Assembly (NCBI GenBank): GCA_963720565.1
Contig: CAVRFW010000012.1
Location: 84,984 to 148,983 of the forward strand
Direction of reading: 5' to 3'
Length of the DNA: 64,000 nt
Source: Candidatus Bathyarchaeota archaeon
GTDB lineage: Archaea; Thermoproteota; Bathyarchaeia; Bathyarchaeales; Bathycorpusculaceae
The position numbers were made by a program, and so were the translations under genes. The notes beneath the pieces are model-generated. The model saw only the letters and a list, made by a program, of their open reading frames with translations. It made no database searches and was not told the DNA's origin. How positions within the stretch are numbered: position 1 is the stretch's first letter; the number at the start of each line of letters is the position of its first letter. Shown piece after piece: positions 45,488 through 55,237 of the stretch.

Positions 45488-46440
45488 ATGGAGAGGATAT
45501 GTGTTCTTCTGCCCTGGAAACGATAGGAAAGACACCCCATGATTCACTTGAACAGATTAGCGGAAGGATCAAGAGCCAAGAATCGTGGCAAAGCTTGAGT
45601 CAAGAAATCCAGGAGGAAACGTGAAAGACCGAACATGCCCTCAGCATGATTGCTGAAGACAGAAAAAATGGGGATAGTTAATTCTCGCACTGTCATAATC
45701 AAACCAAGGCGGAGCAGGGCAACACTGGGATTGGCTTAGCCATGCATCACCGCGGTCAGAGGCTATCGCTTAATTTTAACCATGCCGGAAACCATGAGTC
45801 ATGAACGTCGAAACCTGCTAAAAGCCTACGGGGCAGAGCTCGTCCTCACGCCAGGTCCTGAAGGAATGAGCGGCGCCATAAAGAAAGCCGAAGAGCTAGG
45901 CAAGAGACACTCCGAAGTCTTTTGTTCCCCAACAATTCAAGAATCTGGCAAACCCTAAGGTTCACAGGGAAACAACTGGTCCTGAAATTTGGAATGACAC
46001 TGATGGAAAAGTAGACATTCTGGTCGCAGGCGTCGGGACAGGAGGTACGATAACTGGCATAGCACGAGTACATCAAACCTATTAAACCAACTTTCAGAGC
46101 AATAGCGGTTGAACCATCCAATTCGCCCGTGTTAAGTGGCGGTCAGAAAGGAGTCTCACAAAATTCAAGGCATAGGTGCAGGTTTTGTCCCTGACTGTGC
46201 TAAAACTCAATTTGGTTGATGAAGTCATAACGGTCAAGGATGACGATGCAATTGAAATGGCACGTCAACTAGCCAGAAAAGAAGGTCTGCTTGTTGGAAT
46301 TTCGGCTGGCGCTGCAACATACGCAGCATTGCAGGTATCTCGTCGTTTGGAAAATGAGAACAAAATCATAGCTCGTTATCCTTCCAGATACAGGAGAGCG
46401 TTATCTAAGTACGGCACTTTTTCAGCAGCCTGGGATATGA
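45488..46440 (+). pseudogene. cysK: Cysteine synthase A, many frameshifts (pseudogene or poorly polished)
   Basis: [60 protein letters not shown]. Confidence 0.85.
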
Positions 46441-46642
46441 GTACTGTCGTTTAGCAAGCTGTCTGTGAAGTTATTGCAGCTGAGAAGTCTACCTGACCGT
46501 AGATTATCCAAACGAGAATAATTAGACTAATCGCGCGCGACGCGAAAAATCGTCCTTCAGAGATTTGCGATAAAATACTTGTGTCGGCGAGGATTCGCTG
46601 CGACCTTCAGTTGCCTCGCCACGTTGCATCAATAAACCAATT

Positions 46643-46657
46643 TATAACACAGTTATA
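46643..46657. promoter_or_regulatory. Palindromic operator copy 3
   Basis: Perfect TATAAC-ACA-GTTATA abutting TTTTTATA box upstream of dsrE. Confidence 0.65.
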
Positions 46658-46717
46658 TTTTTATATCGGGGAAACTACTCATCATTCATCCAGAATTGTA
46701 ATTGGAAAGTGAGAGAA

Positions 46718-47080
46718 ATGAAGGATGAAAAATCAATCCTCTACGTGCAAACAAGCGACAACCCAGAAAGACAATATTCGCCTTTGGTCCTAGCCCAGAC
46801 AGCAAAAGCCATGGGTCTCAATCCAAAAGTGTACTATCTTGGTCAAGCGCTCAGAGTTTTGCTTCCGGGAGCAGCAGAAAAAATCAAAATAGGAAGTTTT
46901 CCCAGCGTCGCAGATATGCTCAACAAAACTATGCAGATGGGTATTGAAATCTACGTGTGTGAAGCATCCAAGCAGATGCTAGGATGGGATAAAGTTACCT
47001 TAATCTCCGGACCAAAAATAGTTGGAGCTGCCACACTCAACGACTTAGCCCTCAGTGCAGCCGCAACGATGTGGTTCTAG
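46718..47080 (+). CDS. DsrE/DsrF-like sulfur relay protein
   Basis: GIEIYVCEAS, KIVGAATL; adjacent to tusA. Confidence 0.8.
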   Translation: MKDEKSILYVQTSDNPERQYSPLVLAQTAKAMGLNPKVYYLGQALRVLLPGAAEKIKIGSFPSVADMLNKTMQMGIEIYVCEASKQMLGWDKVTLISGPKIVGAATLNDLALSAAATMWF

Positions 47081-47130
47081 AAAAGCCAATTTCTCTGACC
47101 ATGCAACCTTCTTGATTTAGGGGGAGAACC

Positions 47131-47367
47131 ATGGATTCAAAAACTGACAAAAAGCTAGATTGCATAGGCCTGTACTGTCCTGAACCAGTCTTCAGGACAA
47201 GAATGGCACTGGACGAGATGCAAGTTGGCGAAACCCTGGAGGTTTTTGCAGATGATCCAGCAGCAGAATCCGACATTCAAAATCTAGTGAAGCACTTGGA
47301 ACAGGAAATAGTCAGCAGCACGAAAGAAGGAGACACAATCCGCATAATAATCAAGAAGATAAAGTAG
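47131..47367 (+). CDS. tusA: TusA family sulfur carrier
   Basis: LDCIGLYCPEP, ADDPAAESDI. Confidence 0.9.
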   Translation: MDSKTDKKLDCIGLYCPEPVFRTRMALDEMQVGETLEVFADDPAAESDIQNLVKHLEQEIVSSTKEGDTIRIIIKKIK

Positions 47368-47453
47368 AAGGAAGAAGAACAGGTTATCCCCTCTGAGAAC
47401 ACGAGTTGTTGAATGCGGGTAATGTTAAGAAATATCCACAGAGGAATGAGAGA

Positions 47454-48638
47454 ATGTCCGAGCAAAAACTTGTAAACATGAATTACGGAGCAGGCAAACC
47501 AGTTGACCCTCGCGTGATTGAGGCAATGCTTCCATACATGGAAACGTTATTCGGCAATCCCTCGTCACTCAGTTTCCATGGTCAGGAGGCGAAACGCGCG
47601 CTGACCGAAGCAAGAAAGAAAGTCGCAGAATTGGTAAACGCTGAAAGGCTAGAATCCGTAATTTTCACTTCAGGAGCTACTGAAAGCAATAACTTGGCAA
47701 TCAAGGGCGTTGCCAACCGAAACAAGAACCGAGGCACACGCGTCATCACATCCAAAATAGAACACATGTCAGTGGTTAACCCTGTAAAATTCCTAACGAC
47801 CAGAGGCTTTGAAGCCACTTTCATTCCGGTTGACAGCTACGGTTTCCTAAGCACGGAAAGCTTAGAGAAAGAAATGAACGACAAAACAGTTCTCGTTTCA
47901 ATAGTCTATGCAAACAGCGAAATAGGAACAATCCAACCAATAAGAGAAATCAGCAAAATTGTCCATGGTAAGAATGCTTATTTGCATGTTGACGCCACTG
48001 CGGCAGCTGGTTTGGTGCCGATTGACGTGCAAGAAGAAGGAATAGATCTGCTCACACTTTCTTCCAACGATATTTATGGACCAAAAGGTGTTGGAGCCCT
48101 GTACGTTAAAGAAGGTGTTCGTTTGGAACCCTTGTTTCAGGGTGGAGGGCAGGAAAGCGGTGTCAGATCGGGAACTGAGAACGTCAATGGCATAGTCGGT
48201 TTTGGTAGAGCTGCGGAAATAGCAAAATTGGAAATGAAGAAAGAAAGCGAGCGTTTGATAAGATTAAGAGATTGTTTGATTCGAGGGTTGACGGAGCCAA
48301 TTCCATATGCATTCCTTAACGGTCATCCAACTGAGCGACTGCCGGACAATGTCTCTGTCAGGTACAGCTTCATAGAAGGCGAATCAATGCTCTTGAGCTT
48401 GGAAATGATGGGTGTTGTAGCTTCATCTGGTTCAGCATGCACATCAAAAACTCTGGAGCCATCTCATGTACTTCTGGCAACCGGGCTGAAACATGAGGAA
48501 GCCCATGGCTCGTTAATGTTGACGTTGGGAAGGCAAAACACTCAAGAGGAAGTAGACTATGTGATAGGATTGATGCCTGGGATAGTTAAGAGGTTAAGGG
48601 CGATTTCGCCTTTGACTCCGAAGGAGTTGAAAGAGTAA
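47454..48638 (+). CDS. iscS: IscS/NifS-family protein with PLP Lys replaced by Asp
   Basis: FGNPSS, FTSGATESNN, IEH, HVDAT, SSNDIYGPKG (canonical S-x-HK-x-YGPKG), SSGSACTS. Confidence 0.92.
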   Translation: MSEQKLVNMNYGAGKPVDPRVIEAMLPYMETLFGNPSSLSFHGQEAKRALTEARKKVAELVNAERLESVIFTSGATESNNLAIKGVANRNKNRGTRVITSKIEHMSVVNPVKFLTTRGFEATFIPVDSYGFLSTESLEKEMNDKTVLVSIVYANSEIGTIQPIREISKIVHGKNAYLHVDATAAAGLVPIDVQEEGIDLLTLSSNDIYGPKGVGALYVKEGVRLEPLFQGGGQESGVRSGTENVNGIVGFGRAAEIAKLEMKKESERLIRLRDCLIRGLTEPIPYAFLNGHPTERLPDNVSVRYSFIEGESMLLSLEMMGVVASSGSACTSKTLEPSHVLLATGLKHEEAHGSLMLTLGRQNTQEEVDYVIGLMPGIVKRLRAISPLTPKELKE

Positions 48639-49027
48639 TGTATACAGACAAAGTAATGGAACATTTTAAGAACCCCCGTAATATGGGTGAGATAGCTGAC
48701 GCTGACGGCGTTGGCACTGTCGGAAATCCAGTATGTGGCGACTTGATGAGCATTTCTATCAAAGTCAAAGATAACCGGTTGGCTGACGTGAAGTTCAAGA
48801 CTTTCGGCTGCGGCGCAGCCATAGCAACAAGCAGTATGACAACAGAGCTGGCTAAAGGAAAGACTCTGGAAGAAGCAATGAAAATAACCCGCGCGGACGT
48901 GGCAGGTTCTCTAGGCGGTTTGCCTCCGGTGAAAATGCACTGCTCAAACCTAGCTGCAGATGCGTTGCATGAAGCAATAAAAGACTTTTACAAGAAACAG
49001 GAAGCTAAGAACGAGGTGAAAGAATGA
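48638..49027 (+). CDS. iscU: Fe-S scaffold IscU/NifU
   Basis: HFKNPRNMG, GNPVCGD, FGCGAAIA, LPPVKMHCS. Confidence 0.95.
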   Translation: MYTDKVMEHFKNPRNMGEIADADGVGTVGNPVCGDLMSISIKVKDNRLADVKFKTFGCGAAIATSSMTTELAKGKTLEEAMKITRADVAGSLGGLPPVKMHCSNLAADALHEAIKDFYKKQEAKNEVKE

Positions 49028-49185
49028 AGCCAAAAGCTTTCCAATGCGAATACTGCAAAACAGATGTTTCCTCAGAACCCTGCAGGCTAGCGAGCATCAA
49101 GACCGTGATTGATGGTAAGGAATACGTTTTCTGTTGCTCTAGTTGTGCCCAGCAGAGCAAAGAGGCCTTGACTAAGAGAAAATAG
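49024..49185 (+). CDS. 53-aa TRASH/YHS-like metal-binding protein
   Basis: MKPKAFQCEYCKTDVSSEPCRLASIKTVIDGKEYVFCCSSCAQQSKEALTKRK; ATGA overlap with iscU stop. Confidence 0.8.
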   Translation: MKPKAFQCEYCKTDVSSEPCRLASIKTVIDGKEYVFCCSSCAQQSKEALTKRK

Positions 49186-49303
49186 ATTTTGCCGCGCAAT
49201 AGTGCGCCGGCCGCGTTCAACATTAGGGGATTCTTCAAAGTCCGCGCTATGATTTTGTGTCTTAGCGCAATGCATAAGTTGTTCCTTTTTTGTAGGAGTA
49301 TTT

Positions 49304-50002
49304 ATGAAAAAAGATGCAAAAATAATGATCACAAAAGATGGCCCCTACCTTGTTTCTGGAGGCTTGCCCATTGACAAGCAAATTATTGGGATAGGAGAAG
49401 AGAATGAGCCTGAGATTTGGGTCAAAAGCAAGAAGGTTCCGGCTGGCGAGCCATGCGCGTTATGTCGTTGCGGAGGATCAAAAAACAAGCCATTCTGTGA
49501 TGGTACACATGGAAAAATTGGGTTCAATGGCAAGGAAACTGCAAGCAGAAAAGCTCATGACAAGCAAGCTCAGGTTTTGGACGGGCCCACTCTGAGGCTG
49601 AAAGATGCATCTGCGTTGTGTGCTGCTGCTAGATTCTGTCACAGAGGCGGAGGAACTTGGGAGCTTACTTATCATTCTGACGAAGCTGCAGCCAGGAAAT
49701 TAGCCATCGAGGAGGCATGCAGCTGCCCATCTGGAAGGCTAGTTGAGTGTGACAGAAAAACAGGGAAGGTGTTTGAAAAGAAGTTTGAGCAGTCAATAAG
49801 CTTGGTGGAGGATCCACAAAACAGAGTGAGTGGCCCAATTTGGCTCAAGGGTGGAATTCCTGTTGAGTCTGCAGATGGAACAACTTACGAGGTTCGCAAC
49901 CGTCAGACGCTATGCCGATGCGGCAAATCCAAAAATAAACCCTTCTGCGATGCCTCCCACATAGATGCGGGATTCAATGACGGCGACGAATCTCTAAGAT
50001 GA
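49304..50002 (+). CDS. Double CDGSH iron-sulfur domain protein
   Basis: LCRCGGSKNKPFCDGTH and LCRCGKSKNKPFCDASH flanking CAAARFC...CPSG. Confidence 0.92.
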   Translation: MKKDAKIMITKDGPYLVSGGLPIDKQIIGIGEENEPEIWVKSKKVPAGEPCALCRCGGSKNKPFCDGTHGKIGFNGKETASRKAHDKQAQVLDGPTLRLKDASALCAAARFCHRGGGTWELTYHSDEAAARKLAIEEACSCPSGRLVECDRKTGKVFEKKFEQSISLVEDPQNRVSGPIWLKGGIPVESADGTTYEVRNRQTLCRCGKSKNKPFCDASHIDAGFNDGDESLR

Positions 50003-50045
50003 GCTAAGAACCAGAGAGAGGTATTCGACAAGAAAGAGCTATTCC

Positions 50046-50384
50046 TCACTGCATTTCAGTGAGTTCCTTGAGTTGTTTTTTGTTTAGGCCAATGCCTGGT
50101 CTTGAGTCTAAACGCTTGTGCACTTTTCCTTTCTTGAACATTATCACTGTCGGATAGTATTCTATAGCGTATTCTTCGCAGACTTCAGGTTCCTCATCGA
50201 CGATGACACTTATGCATTCTTTTGGATTATTCTTTGAATACTCTTCAAAGATTGGCAAGAACCGTTGGGAAAAAGGACACCAAGATGCGTAGAAGAGAAC
50301 AAACGCCTTGTCTTTGCTTTCTATTTCCTTGCTTACGGTGCTTTTTTCTTTGCTTTTTGATACTTGTTCTTCAGCTTTGCTCAT
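50046..50384 (-). CDS. Monothiol thioredoxin-like protein
   Basis: FYASWCPFS, YPT, FKKG. Confidence 0.85.
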   Translation of the reverse strand: MSKAEEQVSKSKEKSTVSKEIESKDKAFVLFYASWCPFSQRFLPIFEEYSKNNPKECISVIVDEEPEVCEEYAIEYYPTVIMFKKGKVHKRLDSRPGIGLNKKQLKELTEMQ

Positions 50385-50408
50385 GAACTTTCACCTAAAT
50401 GCGTTATT

Positions 50409-51269
50409 TCATTCAAGTTTTGCTGGTTTGTGACTCTTGATAAATGTTCCCTCGTCAAGCTCCTCGAAAGCTCTATCTAACTCTTCCTCCGTATTCATCA
50501 CGATTGGTCCTCTCCAGGCCACAGGCTCCTTCAACGGTTCTCCTGACACAAACAAGAACCGCGCCCCATCTTTCGAAAACAATTTCACTAAATCGCCCTC
50601 ACCGAAAACAGCACACTGCCCATTCTTTACCTCTTTGCCGCGAGTTTCTATCGATCCATCAACTACGTAAGCAAAGACAGTGAGGTCCCCAGGTACGACA
50701 TGCTCGAAGGTTTGGCCGGCGGCCAACTCAACATCAAAGTACTCTATGTCGACGGAAAGGTCTCGAACCGGTCCTTCTGTCCCGTCGATTTTGCCTGCAA
50801 CAACCTTGATCCTTTGACCGTTCTTCTGGATTAGGGGGATTTGTTCTTTTTCAATTCCTCTGTATTTTGGATCGATCATCTTCTTTTTCGAAGGCAAATT
50901 CACCCAAAGCTGAAACCCCTGCATCTGGCCATCGTATTTCCGGGGCATTTCTTGATGGATAATGCCTGAGCCTGCAGTCATCCACTGCACATCTCCCGCT
51001 TTTATCACGCCCCTGTTGCCTATGCTGTCGCCGTGTTCAACTTCGCCTGTCCACATGTAGGTGACGGTTTCCATTCCCCTGTGAGGATGCCAAGGAAAAC
51101 CTCTCATGTAGTCTTCAGGTTTGTCTGAGCCAAAGTGGTCCAAAAGCAAGAAAGGGTCAAGTGTAGATTTGTCGTCATTACCTAAAACTCGTTTGAGTTT
51201 GACTCCTGCGCCCTCAAGGGTTGAGCGCCGTTCCAAAATCTTTTGCACTCTTCTTTCCAAAAACTTCAC
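50409..51269 (-). CDS. Pirin family protein
   Basis: DPFLLLD, HPHRGMETVTY, WMTAGSGIIHQE, QLWVNLP, GPIVMNT. Confidence 0.95.
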   Translation of the reverse strand: MKFLERRVQKILERRSTLEGAGVKLKRVLGNDDKSTLDPFLLLDHFGSDKPEDYMRGFPWHPHRGMETVTYMWTGEVEHGDSIGNRGVIKAGDVQWMTAGSGIIHQEMPRKYDGQMQGFQLWVNLPSKKKMIDPKYRGIEKEQIPLIQKNGQRIKVVAGKIDGTEGPVRDLSVDIEYFDVELAAGQTFEHVVPGDLTVFAYVVDGSIETRGKEVKNGQCAVFGEGDLVKLFSKDGARFLFVSGEPLKEPVAWRGPIVMNTEEELDRAFEELDEGTFIKSHKPAKLE

Positions 51270-51417
51270 CTTACACTGACTTAGCTGTCAGGAACTACAT
51301 ATTCATTTTCCTAAGATAACGCACGCTTACCCAAAACTTAACAGTGAAAAAAGTAAGTCTGCGCAATGGGGAAATAGTTTGACAGAACACAATCATTCCA
51401 ATTAGCAATAGTAGGCG

Positions 51418-52009
51418 CTATTCTGTTTTTGTTAGTTTCCGTTTGCGTACCCGTTTTCCGATTGAGAATGATGTTCCTATGTGTTTCCCGACTTTGCGAT
51501 ATGACATATTTGGCAAGCTCCAGACAAGCGGCTTCACTTTTTCAACATCCAGCATCTTGTTTCCATCAAGTACACTTGGGTGAGCTTTAACATCCAAGAT
51601 TTCGCCAATGAACTCCGTGTGTAACCCGATTTCAATTATCTTAATGACTTTGCACTCCAGAACCATTGGAAACTCCTTAACGTACGGTGCGTCAACTAGG
51701 TCACTCTTCACGGGGGTAAGCTTTGTTGTTGAGAACTTGTCCGTAATCTTTTCCAGAAATAATGCCAAAATAATCTGCCTCTTTGACGTATGCTTCTGAG
51801 GGGATACTAATCGTAAATGCTTTACGTTCTATGAGGTTACCGTAGGTGTATGTAGCCTTCCTCAGAGAAACATAGACGCAGGGGGGTTTAGAACAGCAGA
51901 TTCCTGCCCATGCAGCAGTCATAACATTTGGTTTTCCCTCATGGTCGTAGGTGCCTACTACCCAAACGGGAGTTACAGGAGCAAGAGTATTAGCGCCTAA
52001 AGATATCAT
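51418..52009 (-). CDS. Flavin reductase / flavoredoxin family (frameshift ~51750)
   Basis: [39 protein letters not shown]. Confidence 0.9.
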
Positions 52010-52299
52010 AGAGACCGCCTAACAGTTCCTAAACTCAAATCCGATTCTCAACTTTAAGCTTTGCGTGTGAAAAGTGTTTTGCCTATCTTCCTAGTTTAAG
52101 GTCACTGTAGAATCCAGCATTTCATAGCGTGCGCGGGTCGATCGATTGATGTAAACTTGTTCGAAATATATAGTAGCAATGGCTTTAATCCTTCGGCTAC
52201 AAACAGTTTCATCCGGGGTGATGATCTTCGCATTTACGTGGACTCTATCATCCAAACAGTGAAGCCAAAGGCCTCGCTCGACTGAAGTTTAAAACCTTC

Positions 52300-53607
52300 T
52301 TGCAAGAGCACTATCCACTTTTGGGAATTCTTCTCGGTTCCGCTTTGATTTTAATTTCCCTCGGACCGTACTCCAGCTGGGATTCGCAATTGGAGTTCTC
52401 CGCTGCAGTCGGAGTAGTGAAATGGGGATTCCCTTACACCGAATACGGAAATATGATTAACATGCAGCCGTTCGGGTTCTACAATGACGCTTTTTTCTTA
52501 TGGATTTTCGGGGCATCTTACGAAATCGCGGTAGCTGTAACCACCATGTTTGCACTCGGATGCGTCTTTCTCACTTACAAAGTTGGCAAGGTCTTATACG
52601 GAAAGAAAACCGGGCTGTTCGCAGCTGCCCTTCTTGCCCTGACACCTTGGCATGTGATAATGTCTAGAGTCTTTCTCATCGATGTCCAGTGCCTCTTCTT
52701 CAGCTTGCTCTACCTGTACGTCGGAATTCTGGCGATACGCAAGAGTTCCAACGGGCTCTATTTTGCGGCAGGTTTAGTCTTCGGTCTTGCCCTTCTAACA
52801 AAACTCTTCGCCGTATTCATGCTGATTCCACTACTGCTCATCTACGTCTATTCGAGACCGAAAAACCCGTTGCGAACCTTACTGAGCCTTCTTCTATTTG
52901 CTCTTCCTGCTTTCTTTGTCCAATATCTCTGGTACGAGCCCATATCGGGGCGCGGCTTGCCTTCCATTCTCAATCATGATGACTTCTGGATAAAACTGCC
53001 AAGCGGTTTTGCTCCCTCACCTTTCTTCAGTCTAAACTTTTTCAGCGAAGCCTTAGGCATCTTCTTTATCCTCGGATACTTGTTTGCACTACCCGTCATG
53101 TTCTCGCAGAGAAAACAATTCTCGAAGTCTCTGTTCTTTGACCTGGCCATTTTTGCGGCTGTTATTAGCGTTGTCGGCTTCAATTCTTATCTGGTCTTTG
53201 GGTATGACCTGTTAATTCCTTATGTAAATTCCATCAAGTATGACTATCCGATTTTGCCGCTGTTCTGTTTGCTGGCTGCCTCAGCCGCAAAAAACTGTTT
53301 TGTCATTTCTAAGAACAGAGACATAGGCGGAAAGAGGCATGAATTGATAGTCTATTCGGCTGCAATAGGTCTCTATCTTCTGCTCGTGTCTTTGATTTTC
53401 AATTTTCTGTCTCTCAAAACAATGCTAGAGGACAGTTGGTTGACGTTCAATGTGCCTGGCGGACTAAGCTACTCTTTCGAAAGTCTTGCGAACGGTTTTG
53501 GCAGCTCCCAACTTTGGGGTTTTCAACTTCTCGGGTTCTTGCTGATTAACCTTGGACTTTTGTTAAGTAACAGATCCAAATTGCAGTCTTTGTTTTCGGC
53601 GCTTTGA
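52300..53607 (+). CDS. ArnT/PMT-like (GT39/GT83) membrane glycosyltransferase
   Basis: Multi-TM, GLFAAALLALTPWH, LID, GLALLTK. Confidence 0.8.
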   Translation: MQEHYPLLGILLGSALILISLGPYSSWDSQLEFSAAVGVVKWGFPYTEYGNMINMQPFGFYNDAFFLWIFGASYEIAVAVTTMFALGCVFLTYKVGKVLYGKKTGLFAAALLALTPWHVIMSRVFLIDVQCLFFSLLYLYVGILAIRKSSNGLYFAAGLVFGLALLTKLFAVFMLIPLLLIYVYSRPKNPLRTLLSLLLFALPAFFVQYLWYEPISGRGLPSILNHDDFWIKLPSGFAPSPFFSLNFFSEALGIFFILGYLFALPVMFSQRKQFSKSLFFDLAIFAAVISVVGFNSYLVFGYDLLIPYVNSIKYDYPILPLFCLLAASAAKNCFVISKNRDIGGKRHELIVYSAAIGLYLLLVSLIFNFLSLKTMLEDSWLTFNVPGGLSYSFESLANGFGSSQLWGFQLLGFLLINLGLLLSNRSKLQSLFSAL

Positions 53608-53904
53608 GAATATCCGCGCAGAGTTCCATATTCATAACATCGCATGGTTGTTTCCAAATTAGTCTGCAAAGTACTTGATGCATCTCGATATGTTCAATCT
53701 TTGCGTGTTGACAGCTGCTTGAGACGTTAAAAGCATGGCAGGAACACAGTAATGAAATAGTACTTTCGCCAATCTCACCAGACTGTGCGGCCCAAGATCC
53801 GCCAAAAGCTTCAAAGTTGATGCTATACTTATTGGTTAGAACAAGGAAAACCTAACTTACTAGCAGGCACACGTTATAATGGGACGAAGGCTGTGGAAAT
53901 CAAG

Positions 53905-55119
53905 ATGATGAATGGCTCAAGAATTTCTAGGAAGACCGCATACACAGCTATTCTTGCATTGGGCATCGTGAGCATGCTAGGCGACATAGTTTATGAGTCG
54001 GGAAGAGGGATCGCTCCCGATTATCTACTTTTTCTTGGCGCCTCAGCTCTCCTAGTTGGCATAGTTAGCGGCGCGGGCGAGTTCCTAGGCTACGCTGCAA
54101 GGCTCATCAGCGGAAGCCTATCTGACAAGAGCAAAGCCTATTGGCTTTTCATCTTTGCGGGTTATGGTTTAATTCTCGCAATACCGCTCGTAGGTTTCAC
54201 ATACAGCATTGAATTAGTAGTTGTTTTGCTACTCTTGGAAAGGCTTGGCAAAGCGTTAAGGTCTCCGTCAAGAGACACGGTCGTCTCCATAGTCAGCAAA
54301 AACGTCGGTTCCGGAAAAGCGTTTGGGCTTCACGAAGCCATCGACCAGATAGGAGCGATAATTGGTCCATTAATTTTTAGCGGGGTATTATTTTTCACCG
54401 CAAATAGTTATCCTGCCGCTTTTGGAATGCTGCTAATTCCATTTGCTTTGATGGTGATAGCACTGGCTTACGCTTACAAGAGAGTAGGCAAAAGCGTAGA
54501 GTTGGAAGTTAGAAACGCAAGGGACGAGAAAGCTCCGCTTAGTCGCCGGGGATTTTGGGTCTACTGCCTAGCGGTTTTCCTGAACACTGTAGGGCTTATT
54601 CCAGTTGCTCTTATCCTCTTTTCTGGGTCTTCGATTCTTCAGCCGATGGGCCAGGCGTGGATGGCGCCTCTTCTCTACGTTGTAGTGCAGGCGGTTGATG
54701 CGCCTATGGCGTTGGTGTCTGGTCACCTGTTTGATAAGTTGGGCATGAAGATTCTTGGTCTTCCATTCGCCTTATCGGTTTTTCCTGTCTTTTTTGTGTC
54801 TTTTGGCGGTCTTGTAGGAGTTATTGGGGCATGTGTAGTGTTCGGTCTTGTGTTAGGCATGCAAGAGTCGATTTACCGTGCTGCCGTATGCGAGTTTATT
54901 CCACTGTGGAAAAGAGGAACCGCCTATGGCGTTTTTAACACGGTTTTGGGTTTGGGTACGCTGGCAAGTGGAGTAGTGTTTGGTTTCTTCATCGACAGCG
55001 GAAACTCGGCGATAGCCTTGGTCGGGTTTGCTTTGTTGCTACAAGTTAGCGCCATCATAGCCCTGAGCCGAGCAACCAAGTCTTTTCAAGCATCGAAGGA
55101 ATGTGTCAATCTAACGTAA
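53905..55119 (+). CDS. MFS transporter
   Basis: SMLGDIVYE, ERLGKALRSPSRD, FGLHEAIDQIGA, RGTAYG. Confidence 0.9.
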   Translation: MMNGSRISRKTAYTAILALGIVSMLGDIVYESGRGIAPDYLLFLGASALLVGIVSGAGEFLGYAARLISGSLSDKSKAYWLFIFAGYGLILAIPLVGFTYSIELVVVLLLLERLGKALRSPSRDTVVSIVSKNVGSGKAFGLHEAIDQIGAIIGPLIFSGVLFFTANSYPAAFGMLLIPFALMVIALAYAYKRVGKSVELEVRNARDEKAPLSRRGFWVYCLAVFLNTVGLIPVALILFSGSSILQPMGQAWMAPLLYVVVQAVDAPMALVSGHLFDKLGMKILGLPFALSVFPVFFVSFGGLVGVIGACVVFGLVLGMQESIYRAAVCEFIPLWKRGTAYGVFNTVLGLGTLASGVVFGFFIDSGNSAIALVGFALLLQVSAIIALSRATKSFQASKECVNLT

Positions 55120-55237
55120 TCCAAGCTTTTAAGGCATACATACCGCTTGGAATGTGTTCTCGCGCGCGAGTTAGTTGTGTAGAGTAAATTAAAATACTTC
55201 GAGCCTAAATGTGCCTTTTAAAGGAAGGGCGCAGCCG

